NCBI GenBank assembly: GCA_000165425.1
Contig: CT868563.1
Span: 1-64,000, forward strand
Length of the DNA stretch: 64,000 nt
Direction of reading: 5' to 3'
Source: Paramecium tetraurelia
Taxonomy: Eukaryota
Part shown: piece by piece, positions 25,812 through 39,876 of the stretch
Layout: every line of letters starts with the position of its first letter
How positions within the stretch are numbered: position 1 is the first letter of the stretch
The notes under the pieces: model-generated
The model's input: the letters and a program-made list of their open reading frames with translations, nothing else
Database searches by the model: none
Told to the model about the DNA's origin: nothing
Position numbers and translations under genes: made by a program

Positions 25812-26448
25812 TTAAATAAATTTATGTTAAATTAATAAATAAAATAAGCATATATTTGGCAGTTTAAGATTCAATTTTAATGATACTTCTATCAAATAGT
25901 TGAAGGATTGGACGGTTGATGTATAATAATTCTTCGGTTTTAAGTGAAAATTGTTAAAATATCCTAGCATTATAATTTTCGATAGATTTATCATTAATTT
26001 ACAATCTATTTAATGTTATTTGTTAAAATTGACATATAGTCAATATCTAGTGTTAATTTTCTGGCTCTTAAACGGAAATTAAAAATTGAAATAGAATAGA
26101 TATAGAATCCACTATATTTTAGTTTCAATTTATATATGGAGCTAGAGTATAAACTTGATTTTTATCGGCTTATCCTTGCCTTAAACACAAATAAGAGATT
26201 GATTTCATGATTAAAATAATTAATATTAGTAATACATAATTAGTAAAAACACTTTATGAATTACCGCATAATTTTAGATCAATTTGTTTATTATTCTGTA
26301 TTGATTCTAAAATTTTATAAATATCATCTATAAAAGTGAAGAAATTAATGTTATAATTGTATATTAAAAATAATACATTCTTGATATGGCTGTTTTATCA
26401 GCTGTAACTATTTTAAAGGATCTTAAATTATTAATAAAAGTATTATAT

Positions 26449-27456
26449 TCAATTGCATAATTATTTCATATAGTTTTCCCACTCTGTATTTGGCACTCCT
26501 TTTTTTATTATGTCATCATACAATGAGCTTATCATCATTGAATGTATTTTATTGTTTTCGGGTACTTGGCTTTTGATTTTGATTACTAAATCATAGAATT
26601 CTCTTTTCGAAGTATTATTCTAAGATTATTCTTAAACTAGAGATCTTAGATAACAAGCTTTAACTAATTTCTTAACTTCTGGATCTTCAAATTATTTGGA
26701 GAGCTATCGTAGTAATTTAAAGGTTTCCATATTATCAGAACTATTCAAGATTTCTTAAGCGTAATGAGTTATTCTCTAATACTGATCATTTTATGATAAT
26801 TATTAAATCAAAGAAGAGATCTTATTATTTAAAGCACTTAATGTTTTATTACTAGCTATAGTGCTTTCATCCGATTCACAAGAGTTATTGCTTAATTGTT
26901 ATTATTGTTATAATTATTATGATGGAAATAATCTTTATTTTTGATAGCAATCATAAGAATGACCTTAGAAAGTATTCGCTCTTATGGGACCCCTTTATAA
27001 TTTTTCTGACATTGTTTTTGAATATTATATGTCTCTTTTTTCATTCTATTTAAAACTCATTTTCTCTAAAAACTCTCCTACCAATTTAATTATCATCTGA
27101 ACTTCATTTGATATTGATTCAACTTCATCAACAATTTATAATAATTCCTAATATTCTTCATTGATTATTTGTAAATCATTTTTAATAACTTTCTTTATAG
27201 AATTATCTTTGCTAGTTAGCATTTTCGAATAATTTTCTAATGAGTTAATCACTTTTTTTTTCAGTTATCTGGCATGCTTTACTACATCTTCATCATTGTC
27301 TTTTTCTCTGATAGCTTCTTATGATTACAAAATCATTAACTATTAATGAATGAGTTCATCATCCAGATGATCCTCCTTTAAAGGTATTGCTGAAATATCA
27401 AGTAACATAGTCTTTTCATTAGACTGAATTCCTGAGATGTCCAAAAATCCTTACAT
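26449..27456 (-). CDS. Hypothetical protein
   Basis: Uninterrupted 335-aa code-6 frame MQGFLDISGIQ...ISSLYDDIIKKGVPNTEWENYMKQLCN*. Confidence 0.75.
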
Positions 27457-27788
27457 ATGTAAAATATCGATGAGATTAAAAAGAATAATTTATTATATTA
27501 TTTTATTGTAATAAAACGGAATATTGATTCCCAAATAAACTTGTAAAGACTTAGTTAATTATATGATATCAGTAATCTTAATTAATTTAAATATGAAAGG
27601 CAATCATTTAAACAATATTTCTTTTGAAGATCATATATACCTTAAAATTTCATGAAAGGAGGATATTAAATGAATTAAAACAAATCTTGATCTATGCTAT
27701 TTAGATTGAAAACACCGATATTTAACCATTTGTCTGCCTATTTATAATATTTGCTTGATTTATATTATAGTTAATTATAATATAAATA

Positions 27789-29316
27789 ATGATTGAAGAA
27801 TTGAAGACTCTTTACCCAACTTTGGAATCTAATTGTGAAGATTTGGTTTTGAGCTCGAAAAAGTTATTTTAGGCTTAATAAGGTAAAGGAGTACCAGAAT
27901 TTTATGAAACATTGAAACTCAAAATAAACACAAAAGTAAATTATGAATATTCAAATGTCACTAAAAGTAATGAGTTGGCTGATTCTTTGCATTAGGAATT
28001 TGAGAATATACAAACTGAAATAAAAGACTAAAAAAAACCTGAGAATAAAAGATAAATTGACAAAATCATAGAAGATTATTAAAAAGACAAGTAGAAGGAA
28101 ACTAAATTATCTAAATTACCACAATAATTTTTAAAATTTGATGAAAAGACTTCAGCAACTCAAACCAATAACACTTATATTTAAAATGATAAATAATAAG
28201 CTTAAAATAAATCATTAGTTGCTGTAAATCCAAATGAGCATCAATTATCTGTAATTGAGCCAGCCAGATTGGGAACAGTGATGGTTTAAAAAATAAAGAA
28301 AATAATTAAACCAGAATGGCATGCTCCTTGGAAATTAATGAGAGTTATAAGTGGACATCATGGATGGGTAAGATGCATAGCTGTGGATCCTGGAAATTAG
28401 TTTTTTGTTACAGGTTCAAGTGATCGAACTATTAAGTTTTGGGATTTGGCAACAGGAAATTTAAAATTAACCTTCACGGGTCATATCTCAACTATAAGAT
28501 CTGTGATAGTTAGTGCTAGACATCCATATTTGTTTAGTTGTGCAGAAGATAAAACTGTGAAATGTTGGGATCTAGAATAAAATAAGATGATCAGAGATTA
28601 TCATGGACATTTGTCAGGAGTGTATAGTTTAGCTTTGCATCCAACTTTAGATGTATTAGTAAGTGGTGGAAGAGATTCTGTATGCAGAGTATGGGATATT
28701 AGAGCCAGATAATAAATACATGTGTTAGAAGGACACACAAACACAATTGATTCAATAATTTGTTAAGAATTTGAACCTTAAATTGTAAGTGGATCTTAAG
28801 ATTCCATGATCAAATTATGGGATATGACTTCTGGAAAATGCATATCTACTTTAACTAATCATAAGAAATCAGTTAGAGCCATGGCTTTCCATCCATTAGA
28901 ATATACATTTTGTTCAGCAGCATCTGACAATCTCAAGGTTTGGAAATGTCCTGAAGGTACATTTTTGAGGAATATATCTGGTCATAATGCCATGATCAAT
29001 TCGGTAGCTATAAATAGAAATAATGTATTGGCAAGTGCTGCAGACAATGGATCGTTGTATTTCTGGGATTGGAAATCAGGATACAACTTCTAATAGATTA
29101 ATACTATCGCTTAACCTGGTTCTATTGCAGCTGAAAATGGTATATTTTGTTGTACATTTGATCAGAGTTAAATGAGGTAATATCTGAATATATTTTAGAT
29201 TTTTGACTGGTGAATGTGACAAATCTATTAAGATGTACAAGGAAGATGAAACAGCCACTCCTGAAACCCATCCAATTGATGATATAAGAATTGAATATGC
29301 AAATCAAAATTATTGA
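27789..29316 (+). CDS. PRP46: Pre-mRNA splicing factor PRP46/PLRG1 (WD40)
   Basis: [80 protein letters not shown]; intron 29177-29198. Confidence 0.95.
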
Positions 29317-29366
29317 TAATTGTTTATATTGCAATTAATAAATGTATCATTTATGAAGAATTTAGT

Positions 29367-29653
29367 TCACTTTCGGTGCTCTAAAGTTTTATTTCTGAAT
29401 TTATTTCTTCTGCCCATAGTTATAATTTAAAATTTATTATTTTCATCCTTAAATCGTCATTATGTAAGAAAATATCACTAAATACAACTTTGCATATTTA
29501 TATTTTTCTAAATACATCTGAGGGACATTAAATATTTAGCTGATTTATTCCTGAGCTCCTCTATATTAGGATATATTTTTCTTTGTTGATAATAAAATTC
29601 CTCCTTTTCAAGAACCTCATAGAAGTTATTTTACGGTCTGTATAACTAAGCAT
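29367..29653 (-). CDS. Small basic hypothetical protein
   Basis: MLSYTDRKITSMRFLKRRNF...; needs one tiny intron; 3' frame uncertain. Confidence 0.35.
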
Positions 29654-30204
29654 TTTTGGTTTAATTATTATGATTATATATAAAAGGATCTGGCTGTTAA
29701 CACATTAGCTTTACTGTAATATTAAAACTCCTTACACGCATCCATATATTAAAATAAAGATTTATATAAAAGATTCATCTTGCTTAGATATTAGCATTAG
29801 GATTTTTTAATTGATAACAAAATGCATCAATATCAATCTCCTTATTTTCCTTATTTAATTTAATTCATCCTAATCATTACTTTTTCTAATATTAATCTTA
29901 AGTATTGAGTTTATTATTGAATATTTAAGAATTTATTAGCCAAAGGTATTTTGCTAGATTTCTTTTTCTTCATAATATTAAGCTTAATAACCAGGTATAC
30001 AATTTTTCTAAATTTCTAATTTTATTTTTTATTAAATCTTAATTATTAATAATAAATTATTAAGTTATTTTAATTTATTTAATAAGTTATTAATAATTCA
30101 TAAGTGATTTTGAAAGTGAAAACATTATTAATATTATTTTCTAAATCAATGTAGATTATAGAATTTAGAATAAATAAATGAAAGGAGAATATAAAATTTA
30201 GTTA

Positions 30205-31000
30205 TCAATGTTTAATAGATCTTGATCCATCGGTTCTTTATCCATTTTCTAATTAGTATCTTTTCTCTTCTTTTCTTCCTCCATTATCTATTGTTTCAAC
30301 TACTTCTGTGGTTCCGTCAGCCTTTGTAGTGGTCTTTCTTGTAACTGTGACTTTACGACCATTTCTAAGTCATTTAATATTTATTCATACTGAATTGTTG
30401 TTGAAGTAGAGACGGAAGTTGATCCTCCAAATCCACCTCCGAAGTTTGAAGATGAAAATGATGAAAATGAACCTCCTCCCATGCCCATAAAGTCATCATC
30501 ACCAAAACCTCCAAATCCACCAAACCCAAATGGACTTCTTTGAGAATTGTTACTGTTCTTTTTGTTGCCTTTTCTTCCAAAGAAAAACCCAAAATCATCA
30601 TCATCCATTCCAAAGTTTTAAAAGAAACTCTCAAATTACTTGAAGGCGTCAAATCCATCTCCAAAACCACCAAAACCATGAAATCCTTTAAATGAACCGG
30701 CACCGCCACCATTTTTTAAACTAAAAATATAAGATTAGATTGCCATACCCATCATGACCATAGATATCATAAATAGCTCGTTTATCCTTATCTGATAATA
30801 CTGAATAGGCTTCCCCAATTTTCTTAAACTTCTCTTAGGCTTCTTCTTTATTATTAGGGTTTTTATCCTAAAATTGTTATTAAAAAACATACTGGATGCC
30901 ACTTGATGGCTAATTTTCTATAAGCCTTTTTAATTTCTTCGTCAGAAGCTGTTTTGCTTACTCCTAAAATCTCATAATAGTCTTGTTCTTTATTTGACAT
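30205..31000 (-). CDS. DnaJ/Hsp40 class B chaperone (DNAJB6-like)
   Basis: [35 protein letters not shown]-domain, G/F-rich region, C-term [21 protein letters not shown]; 3 tiny introns. Confidence 0.93.
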
Positions 31001-31059
31001 GCTGGTATTTTATAGATTATTATATTTATTTAGAACCAGAGAGGAAGTTAAAAATCTAA

Positions 31060-31074
31060 GGAAAATTCTAGAAT
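31060..31074. promoter_or_regulatory. Putative heat-shock element upstream of DnaJ gene
   Basis: gGAAaaTTCtaGAAt = nGAAnnTTCnnGAAn, 60 nt upstream of the DnaJ ATG. Confidence 0.5.
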
Positions 31075-31361
31075 TTTATTTAAATAAATTAATCATTTAT
31101 CTTAAATTCTGATATGTTCTATACTCATTATAAGTAGCACTAACACTACTTCAACATTACTATTAATTCAGAACATAAAGATATCAATAGATAAATAAAT
31201 TAACTTATTAATTTCTTTTATCTCTCAGAAAGGTAATCAGAAACCTATGTAAATGATTGAATCTAAAATCTTATGGTCTCTCTTCTTAGATATAAGGTTG
31301 GACATCACAATGGTGTAGAAAGTAAAAGAGTTTATAAAATTATTATTTAATATAAATATTT

Positions 31362-32200
<839 letters not shown>

Positions 32201-33198
32201 TTAAATAAAATTCAATATTCGCAAATCAAAAGATATAAATACATAACAAAATCAATTTTGAAGTTTAATATCTTATTATAAAAAAGCTTAAAATATAAGC
32301 ATTTTCGAGTAATCTTTCCAAAGGAACTAGAGTTTGCAGTGATATGCTTTTTTAATAATGCTATAGAATATCTCATTGAGATAAAAATTCATCAATAAAG
32401 CCGAAAACACTACCAAATGATGTCTATTGTTGTTGTGCTGTCTTCTACTGATTTCTTTATTTGGTTAGTCAAGGTTGAAACTATTAAGAAATTCATTGAA
32501 TCATATAGTCTTTCGATTTAAGATGCAGCAAAACATCAATCAGACCGAATCATTTAAACATTTTACATACTTTTTTAAATTATTCCTTTCCAAACTTTAT
32601 GGTTTTATCCAAAATAGAAATTTGATTATCTGTGAAAGCTTATGCAGTGACCATTTCGAATTTTTCTTCACTTGTATTTTCCTTTTTGAATTTGGTGGTG
32701 TTCATAAGTTCGTATCAATGAAGAGAAAGTTACGTATTGTTCTTATTAAATGAGGAATCTAGAGATTGAATTGAAATTTCTTATTTATCCTTTTTTAAGC
32801 ATTAACCATCTAACATTCCAAGATCTAAGAATATTACAATTATATATAATACACTAATTAAATATTAATTTAATAGTAATTCATTATTGATGTTGTTATA
32901 ATATATCCACATTTATATTACTGATATTCAGAATTTTATATTTATTTAATCTATTTAATTAATTTAAATTAATTCATATATTTAAACTATATGGTAGTGG
33001 ATATTTGAGACGGCTGAAATGTAATTTATTCTATAAAATTAATTGACAAATTAATAGTGCGAATTGAAAAATACTAATTAATTAATAATTTAGCTATACA
33101 ATTTAGTATAAATAATACAATCGAAATATGAGTCACATGACATATTATAAAAATACCATTAAAATACCTACAATGATGACACTCTTATAATAATCGAA

Positions 33199-34755
33199 AT
33201 GTAGTAGGATCCTTTGTTAGATAAAAAAGAAGCCTTAGATGCATTAAACAACGCGAAATTTGGATGGTTCCATATCAAAGCATGCTTGGTTTCAGGAATC
33301 GGATTTTTCACAGATGCTTATGACTTATTCATAATCCAATTAGCTGTAATAATGATAGGAATGGTTTATTATCACGATGAAGTAAGGGATGGAGATACAA
33401 TAATAAAAAAAGCTGATAAATTGTATCCTGTATCTGAAACTTTATTAAAACAGTCTGCCTTGATTGGAACTTTGATTGGATAGTTATTATTTGGATACTT
33501 AGCAGACTTATTGGGAAGGAAGAAGATGTATGGAACTGAATTGCTAATCATAGTGTTCACAACGATCACTTCTGCATTTGCATCTAATACAGCTTCACCT
33601 AATGGATTGACAGTAGTAGGGATGCTTATCATTTGGAGATTCTTTTTAGGTATTGGGATTGGAGGAGATTACCCTTTATCTGCAATTATAACTTCTGAAT
33701 TTGCAAATACTAAAAATAGAGGAGCTATGATAGCAGCTGTGTTTGCAATGTAAGGATTCGGAATTTTGACAGGGAGTATTGTTTCCTTAATAGTTCTGTT
33801 CTCCTTTAACAATTAGTTGAATAATGGGGATCCATTGAATTATCTTTAGGTGGATCATATTTGGAGAATAATAGTAGCTTTTGGAGCAGTACCAGGCTTA
33901 GTGGCTATATATTTTCGAATGACGATTCCTGAGACACCAAGGTTCACAATGGACATTAAAGGGGATGTTGAAAAAGGAGCAAGAAATATTTAATAGGTTT
34001 TATAGAAAGATGATACTTTGTATGCTGATTCAAGTTAAGAAGAAAAGACATCAAAGGAGCAGAAACCATCTTTTAGAGAATTAAAATAGTATTTATCTAA
34101 GTGGAGAAATGGCAAAGTGTTATTGGGTACTGCTATGGCTTGGTTTGCATTGGATGTTGGATTTTATGGAATCAATCTAAATTAATCAACAATTTTAAAA
34201 TAGATAGGATTTGGAGGAGGATCTAATCTTAGCCAATATGAGATTTTGAAATAGGCAATATATGGGAATCTGATTACTTCAGCCTTAGGAACTGTTCCTG
34301 GATATTGGTTGACAGTTCTTTTTGTGGATAAATGGGGAAGAAAGAAGATTTAGATTATGGGATTTGTGGCATTGACAATTTTATTTTTTGTAATGGGTTT
34401 GTGTAAGGATATACTGGGACAATTTTTATTTATTACACTTTATACTTTAGCGAATCTTTTTAACAATTTTGGTCCAAATGCTACTACTTTTATTATACCT
34501 GGAGAAGTGTTTCCGACTAGATATCGTTCTACTTGTCATGGAATATCTGCTGCGGCTGGTAAATTAGGAGCAATAATCTCTTAAGTGTGGTTTTTAGGAT
34601 TAGGAGCTGACAGTTTCAAAGCAATTATGCTAACATTTGCAATCTTCATGATGATTGGATTAGCATTTACATTTCTAATACCAGAAACAAAAGGAAAGAG
34701 TTTGGAAGAAATTAGTTAGGAACATGAAAAAAGTAATTAAGTTATACCTCATTGA
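33199..34755 (+). CDS. PHO84: MFS phosphate:H+ symporter (PHO84/PHT1 family)
   Basis: [77 protein letters not shown]; intronless, 518 aa. Confidence 0.93.
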
Positions 34756-34803
34756 GTTATTGAGGAATTATTAATTAATATTAATCAATTTATATAATTG
34801 AAA

Positions 34804-35473
34804 ATGTAAAAATCAACTATCTCAAATCATTTCCAATCCATTTCACCTCCTTTTCTTTTATCTAAGCGTTTGAAATCTGAAGGACCAGATTTTTTAACTT
34901 AGTTGGATTAGAATGCTTAACGATCCATCTTGAAAAGGATGCAACGAAGCGAAATACAAATGACAGAGCCGGATTAAAAACCTACCTTAAGTAAATTCTG
35001 AATGTATGTTACAAGAATAGAAGCAGAACATTAAAGTACGTCCCAAAGTTATTCGAACCAAGTAGCCATCTCTTCCTTATCTTAAGTTAGATGATAAGCA
35101 GTATTATGATAAATGGTATGTCCCTTATGATCAGAGGTATATTCAAAAGGTTACTATGACTTAAGAATCTTATTCAGGTAAGCTAAGTCTCTTACTTTAG
35201 ACCCATTGCACTTCTATAAAAACATGCATATTGGAAATGCTTAATATGACCCATTTGAAATTAAATTACCAAAAGAAATTTAGAGAAGCATTGAATATAA
35301 ATAGAGATCAGAAATCTTAAGAGATCTGTTAAGAGGTTAGAAAATGATTATTGAATTCAAGAAGTATTTAGTACATAATGTTAAGAACTTTGGAGCAAAA
35401 TTAATAACGTATTCCATAATTCTTAAAGAAGATCTTAGAAGATAAAAATTAACAATAATCTAAAAAATAATGA
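34804..35473 (+). CDS. Hypothetical protein
   Basis: MQKSTISNHFQSISPPF...YYDKWYVPYDQRY...RIPQFLKKILEDK; 3 tiny introns. Confidence 0.65.
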
Positions 35474-36119
35474 TAATATAATTGATCAAATTTCATATAT
35501 ATCACTACACTATCTGCCACTCAAACTTGATTTCCTGTTTCATTTGAAGGATTATGTTTTAAAAAATATTCCAATACTTTTTCATTAGAATAAACATTTA
35601 ACATTAGTTAGTTCCAATTGATTATGATTTTATCGAATTAATTCTTAATTCTGTAAGCATTATAACCATATGATCCTCTAATATCAAAAAGCAATTATTA
35701 TTAAAGTAGTTAATTTTATAGTTATTTTAGATTATATTATATTACCACTGAATCTAAATTAAATTTTCTAAATCCTCTAAGGAATCATTAGTTCAGAGTA
35801 ATCAACAAAAATCAAATTCAAATTATTTTAAATTTGATAAAATTCATGAATCTACATGTTTATAAAACAAATCGATTAACTTTTCTTAGAGACAGTAATA
35901 ACACCTTATCCATATAATTCTAATTTCAATCAATCTAATCACAAGAATAAAGAAATTACCAAGTCTATTCCTTTACTCCTTACTTTTTAAATTTACCCTA
36001 AATCCTTCTAATTACACAGCTCAAGAATAAGCATTCCTTAATCATTTTTGATTTTGAAATAGATTTTCTTCAAAATTGTTCAAAGGCTCAAAATAAAATC
36101 AAAAGAATTGCTTTCATCA

Positions 36120-36569
36120 AATACAATAATAAAAGATTATTTGGATCCTTAACTTTTACTTTTTGCAATTAAATCTGTAATTGGGATAAAAATTGTCTTA
36201 ACCCTTAGCCAAATCCCATGGAAAACCTTATTTTTTGAAATGAGCTTTCATTTCAGTTAAATCAAATGCCAAGAAATAGCCTCCTATATATTCTGCCATT
36301 TTTCCTTTTGGCTATTCTTTCCATTCTTGGCAACCATAAATCCAAGCTGGACAGTATAAATATGAATGCTTCGATTTCATGATTATGCTTAGGCAATTGC
36401 CATTTCCATCTGGAAGGTACAAAGAGGGAGGTAAATGGTTTTTAGAATATGACTGGTTTTTTGAGTGGTTCATCACCACCCATTTCTTTAATATGTGTAA
36501 CATAGTTTATAGCAATGGCTACTATTTTTGATTGCTTGGATTGACAACCTATCTAAAGAGGAGATTCAT
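36120..36569 (-). pseudogene. FAHD1: Fumarylacetoacetate hydrolase-domain (FAHD1-like) pseudogene
   Basis: KIVAIAINYVTHIKEMGG..PVIFQKPFTSL, HEIE/LGFMVAKNGKN, EYIGGYFLAFDLT, GFPWDLAKGQDNF, VKDPNNL. Two frameshifts, a GC-donor intron, C-terminal GDLILTGTP part absent. Confidence 0.75.
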
Positions 36570-36608
36570 ATTTGTTTAACACAATAGAAATTATTTATAA
36601 TTTAATAT

Positions 36609-37466
36609 TCATTAATAAGTAATCTGATTAAGTTCATTCACTACTTTATCTGCAGTCCATCTTCTTTCTGCATTCTTGTCTAGACAGGACAATAGAATTC
36701 TTTACAATGGTCCACATATGGAATTTGATATTTTGTGATTCTTTGGGAATTCTCCAACTAATAATTAATGCAATACAACTCCACATGCCCAGATGTCTGC
36801 TGCAAATGGATTGTATGGTTATTTGATTAGCAACTCAGGAGCCATATAATTTGGAGTTCCACATTAAACTGAACATAACTTATCTGTTTGAATGGCAAAT
36901 CCGAAGTCAATCAAAACTATTTGTTAACTATATAGAATATTTTCCAATTTTATATCTCTATGTGATATACTCTTTGAGTGCAAATATTGTACAGCCAACA
37001 TCAACTACTTGAATATAATTTTAATTTGTTATTCTGATAACTACCTGTCTTTGGTAAATTCTGCTAGTGATACAGATGAAGCAAAATTAAGCATGAGGTA
37101 AATCTAAATATAATAATTTAGTACACATTTATCATCTTCTAAAGAATTATGTATTTTAACGATATTCTGATGTTCCAACTATTTAAGAATTGCAATCTCT
37201 CTGTGAATTCCATTCAAGGTTTTCTGATCTAACTTACTCTTCTAATATATTTTCATGGCAAAACGCTGTCCATTGTCTTTCGATCGACAAATTCGAACTT
37301 AAGCAAATTACCCTTGTCCAATCTAAGCTTCTAATTTATATTCATTAAGTAAAGATGGTTCTGGGTTTTGATTATTGGTCTGAGCCTTGTTTTTTAGCAG
37401 TCTCGTTATATTAGAGAGTGTTTTGGTGGGAACAGAATCGTTTTCTTTAGCAGATTTTAAAATCAT
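36609..37466 (-). CDS. Ser/Thr protein kinase (CAMK group, SNF1/MARK-like)
   Basis: IGQGQFAQV, FAMK, HRDIKLENIL, IDFGFA, CGTPNYMAPE, DIWACGV; one 22-nt intron. Confidence 0.92.
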
Positions 37467-37481
37467 TAATATTAACAGTAA

Positions 37482-37832
37482 ATGGAGACCAATGAACAAT
37501 CTTCGATCTTTAGATATATTTTGATTATATCATTTACCATTGCTCTTGTGATTTATTTTAGAAAGAAAAATTAACCAACTGGTGAATCAATCTAAGTATG
37601 GTTATGATTCGGCTACTTAAAGGATGGAATATGGAGAAAAATCGTGTTCGCTTATTAGGATATGTTACACACTTTCAATTAGGCTGAGAAAGAACTACTT
37701 AAGCACACATACCACAACACAATCTTTAATAGCAAGGGAGTTAAAGTCTCAAATGATAAACGCAAAGAAAACAAGAAGAAAAGCTCCAATGTACAATTCA
37801 ATTTGAACCAAAACGAAACTCTATATTATTGA
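37482..37832 (+). CDS. Small single-TM protein
   Basis: METNEQSSIFRYILIISFTIALVIYFRKK...; 27-nt intron with in-frame TGA; ends KKSSNVQFNLNQNETLYY*. Confidence 0.65.
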
Positions 37833-38201
37833 TATAAAATAATATAATAAGTAACGAATAGATGATGCTCCCATTTCTTACAAGGAACCTTGACAGATCG
37901 TTTCAATTCAACCCGATGGCTTTGCAGCAGCATTTCCAGTATTTAAGAAAAGTACATCTTAGATAATCAATATTCTATTCTTCCGATGAAACACCAATCT
38001 AAACTATTTGGCCTTCTTGAGAGTGACATCACAAATCAAATTAAAATCCAGAAGTTCTAAACAAATGCAGAGGAGTTACAAAAATCTAAATGGATATCAA
38101 ATTTTCAAAGCAGCTTAACGTGGATATTTTCCATTCGAGAGAATTTTCCACCTTGAAAAACAATATGCATTAATAATGATATATTATATATAATAACAAT
38201 T

Positions 38202-39398
38202 ATGCGAAAAAATATAAGATTATCAACAGATTTGGAAAGATAAAGGATTGCCTCAAATATCTCAATAAAATCAATAAATTCTACTACTATTAATACAATT
38301 AATACGACAAATGATGGTACTCTTCCTCGTTTAGAATCAAATCACTTCATAAAAAGTAGAGTTAAAAGAAGTAGTCATCAAATTCGATTTAAACGATCAC
38401 CTATGAAAATGTCATAGCCAAATAATATGCTTGAAAGTCAATCCATTAAGTAATCTTCTAAAATCTTACTCAACTCTGTTGTCTTTGAACTAGATAAGTT
38501 GGCGATTGCAGCTAAACATAAGTCAACCAAAAGTCAAGATATCCTAAATCTGTCAATAGATTTGATGAATATGTTAGGATCGGATTATGATCGAATTGAA
38601 ATATATCTTATAGTTCTCTAGAATAAATGTAAATCGCAGTGTGTTTCTTTAGGATTACTGTTTACTTTTCTCATAGCGATAATTCAAGAAACCTATGGAC
38701 ACAACAGAGGATCTTTGCAACAATATAGATATATGAATGATATGGCAAATAAACATTAGCTATTTTAATGTAAAATGATGGTGTATTATAGAATTGGATT
38801 GCTTTTGAACAGATTGAGATAGTTCGAAAAGTTATTAGTGATTGGTAAGAAATTGTTAAAACTAAGTTGGTATTACTCGGAACAAGAATATGAATTGAAA
38901 GCTTATTATTTGATTTCGAAGGGATACAATGGAATCTAAGATATGGAAATGTCTGTAATATTTATGAACAGATACCTTGATGGAGTCTTGTAGTAGAATG
39001 ATCACATCAAAAATATTGGGATGCAATAAATCACATTGTATCACCGAAGAACTCAGGAACCGAGACACAAAAGTCCTTCATCGGATGACTTCAATTTGGA
39101 GATGTTCAGATAAAAAATTGAAAGGAATTACATCAAGATGAAAATGATTGGGGGCAAGTTATCATTTAAGTTGTAATCATCAGAATGCGATATCTGTGCT
39201 TAATATGGCAAGAATTGTGAAAGAATCTAAACTGAAGATGAACACCCATACAAAAAGAATATGATTTTGCATACTGATAGTAGGAATAGAGATTTGATTG
39301 GGTACTTTGATTCAGAATAAATCTAATAGATGTACATTCCAGCCAAAACATTGCCCATTCTAAAATAATTAATATTAAAATTCATTTCATATATATGA
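38202..39398 (+). CDS. TPR-like helical protein
   Basis: Intronless 398-aa frame; KMMVYYRIGLLLNRLRQFEK...KKLLKLSWYYSEQEYELKAYYLISKGY. Confidence 0.7.
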
Positions 39399-39424
39399 AA
39401 CAATCAAATTAATTAAATGATAGT

Positions 39425-39876
39425 ATGTATTAAGCCTACTTTCTCGGACACATGAATGCATTAAAGGCGATTAAGTGCAGGAAGAATCAAAAAATGCAAG
39501 AATCCAAGGTTTTAGTTAAATTATGTATTCAGTTTTATCAATTGTAGCACAATCCGTGAAACTGCAAAAACAAAGGGTTAATCACTTTGAACAATTGCAA
39601 TATAAATAGTAATTGGCCATTTCGAACCATAAGATAAAAGAAACCATTGAGAAAATTCATTAGAGTCCCTCCATTGATAAGACGAATGTTTCTTTGCCCA
39701 GATTGAAGAAAAGAAATCAAGAGGGGGACGATATCAAAAAAGAGAATGCTAGAATCAAATTGAAACTTGAGAATCTGAAGGGAAGCATCAGTAATAGACA
39801 GTTGAAATATGAGAAACCAAAACGATATGAAGATGTATTATAAGAATATTTTAAATAAAAATTATAACAATAATGA
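39425..39876 (+). CDS. Small coiled-coil protein, weak CFAP97/KIAA1430-like resemblance
   Basis: MYQAYFLGHMNALKAIK...DIKKENARIKLKLENLKGSIS; one 23-nt intron. Confidence 0.55.

Noticed and set aside
26890..26920. (TTA/TTG)n microsatellite-like runs here and elsewhere
   Set aside because: Poly-Gln codons (TAA/CAA) within coding sequence, not independent repeats.
32300..32816. Minus-strand coding-like stretch (MLDGQCLKKDKQ...)
   Set aside because: Several in-frame TGA and no recognisable homology; may be a pseudogene remnant but unsupported.
37862..38170. Coding-like fragment containing PDGFAAAF (DHH-phosphoesterase-like)
   Set aside because: No consistent frame with start and stop; a single short motif is insufficient.
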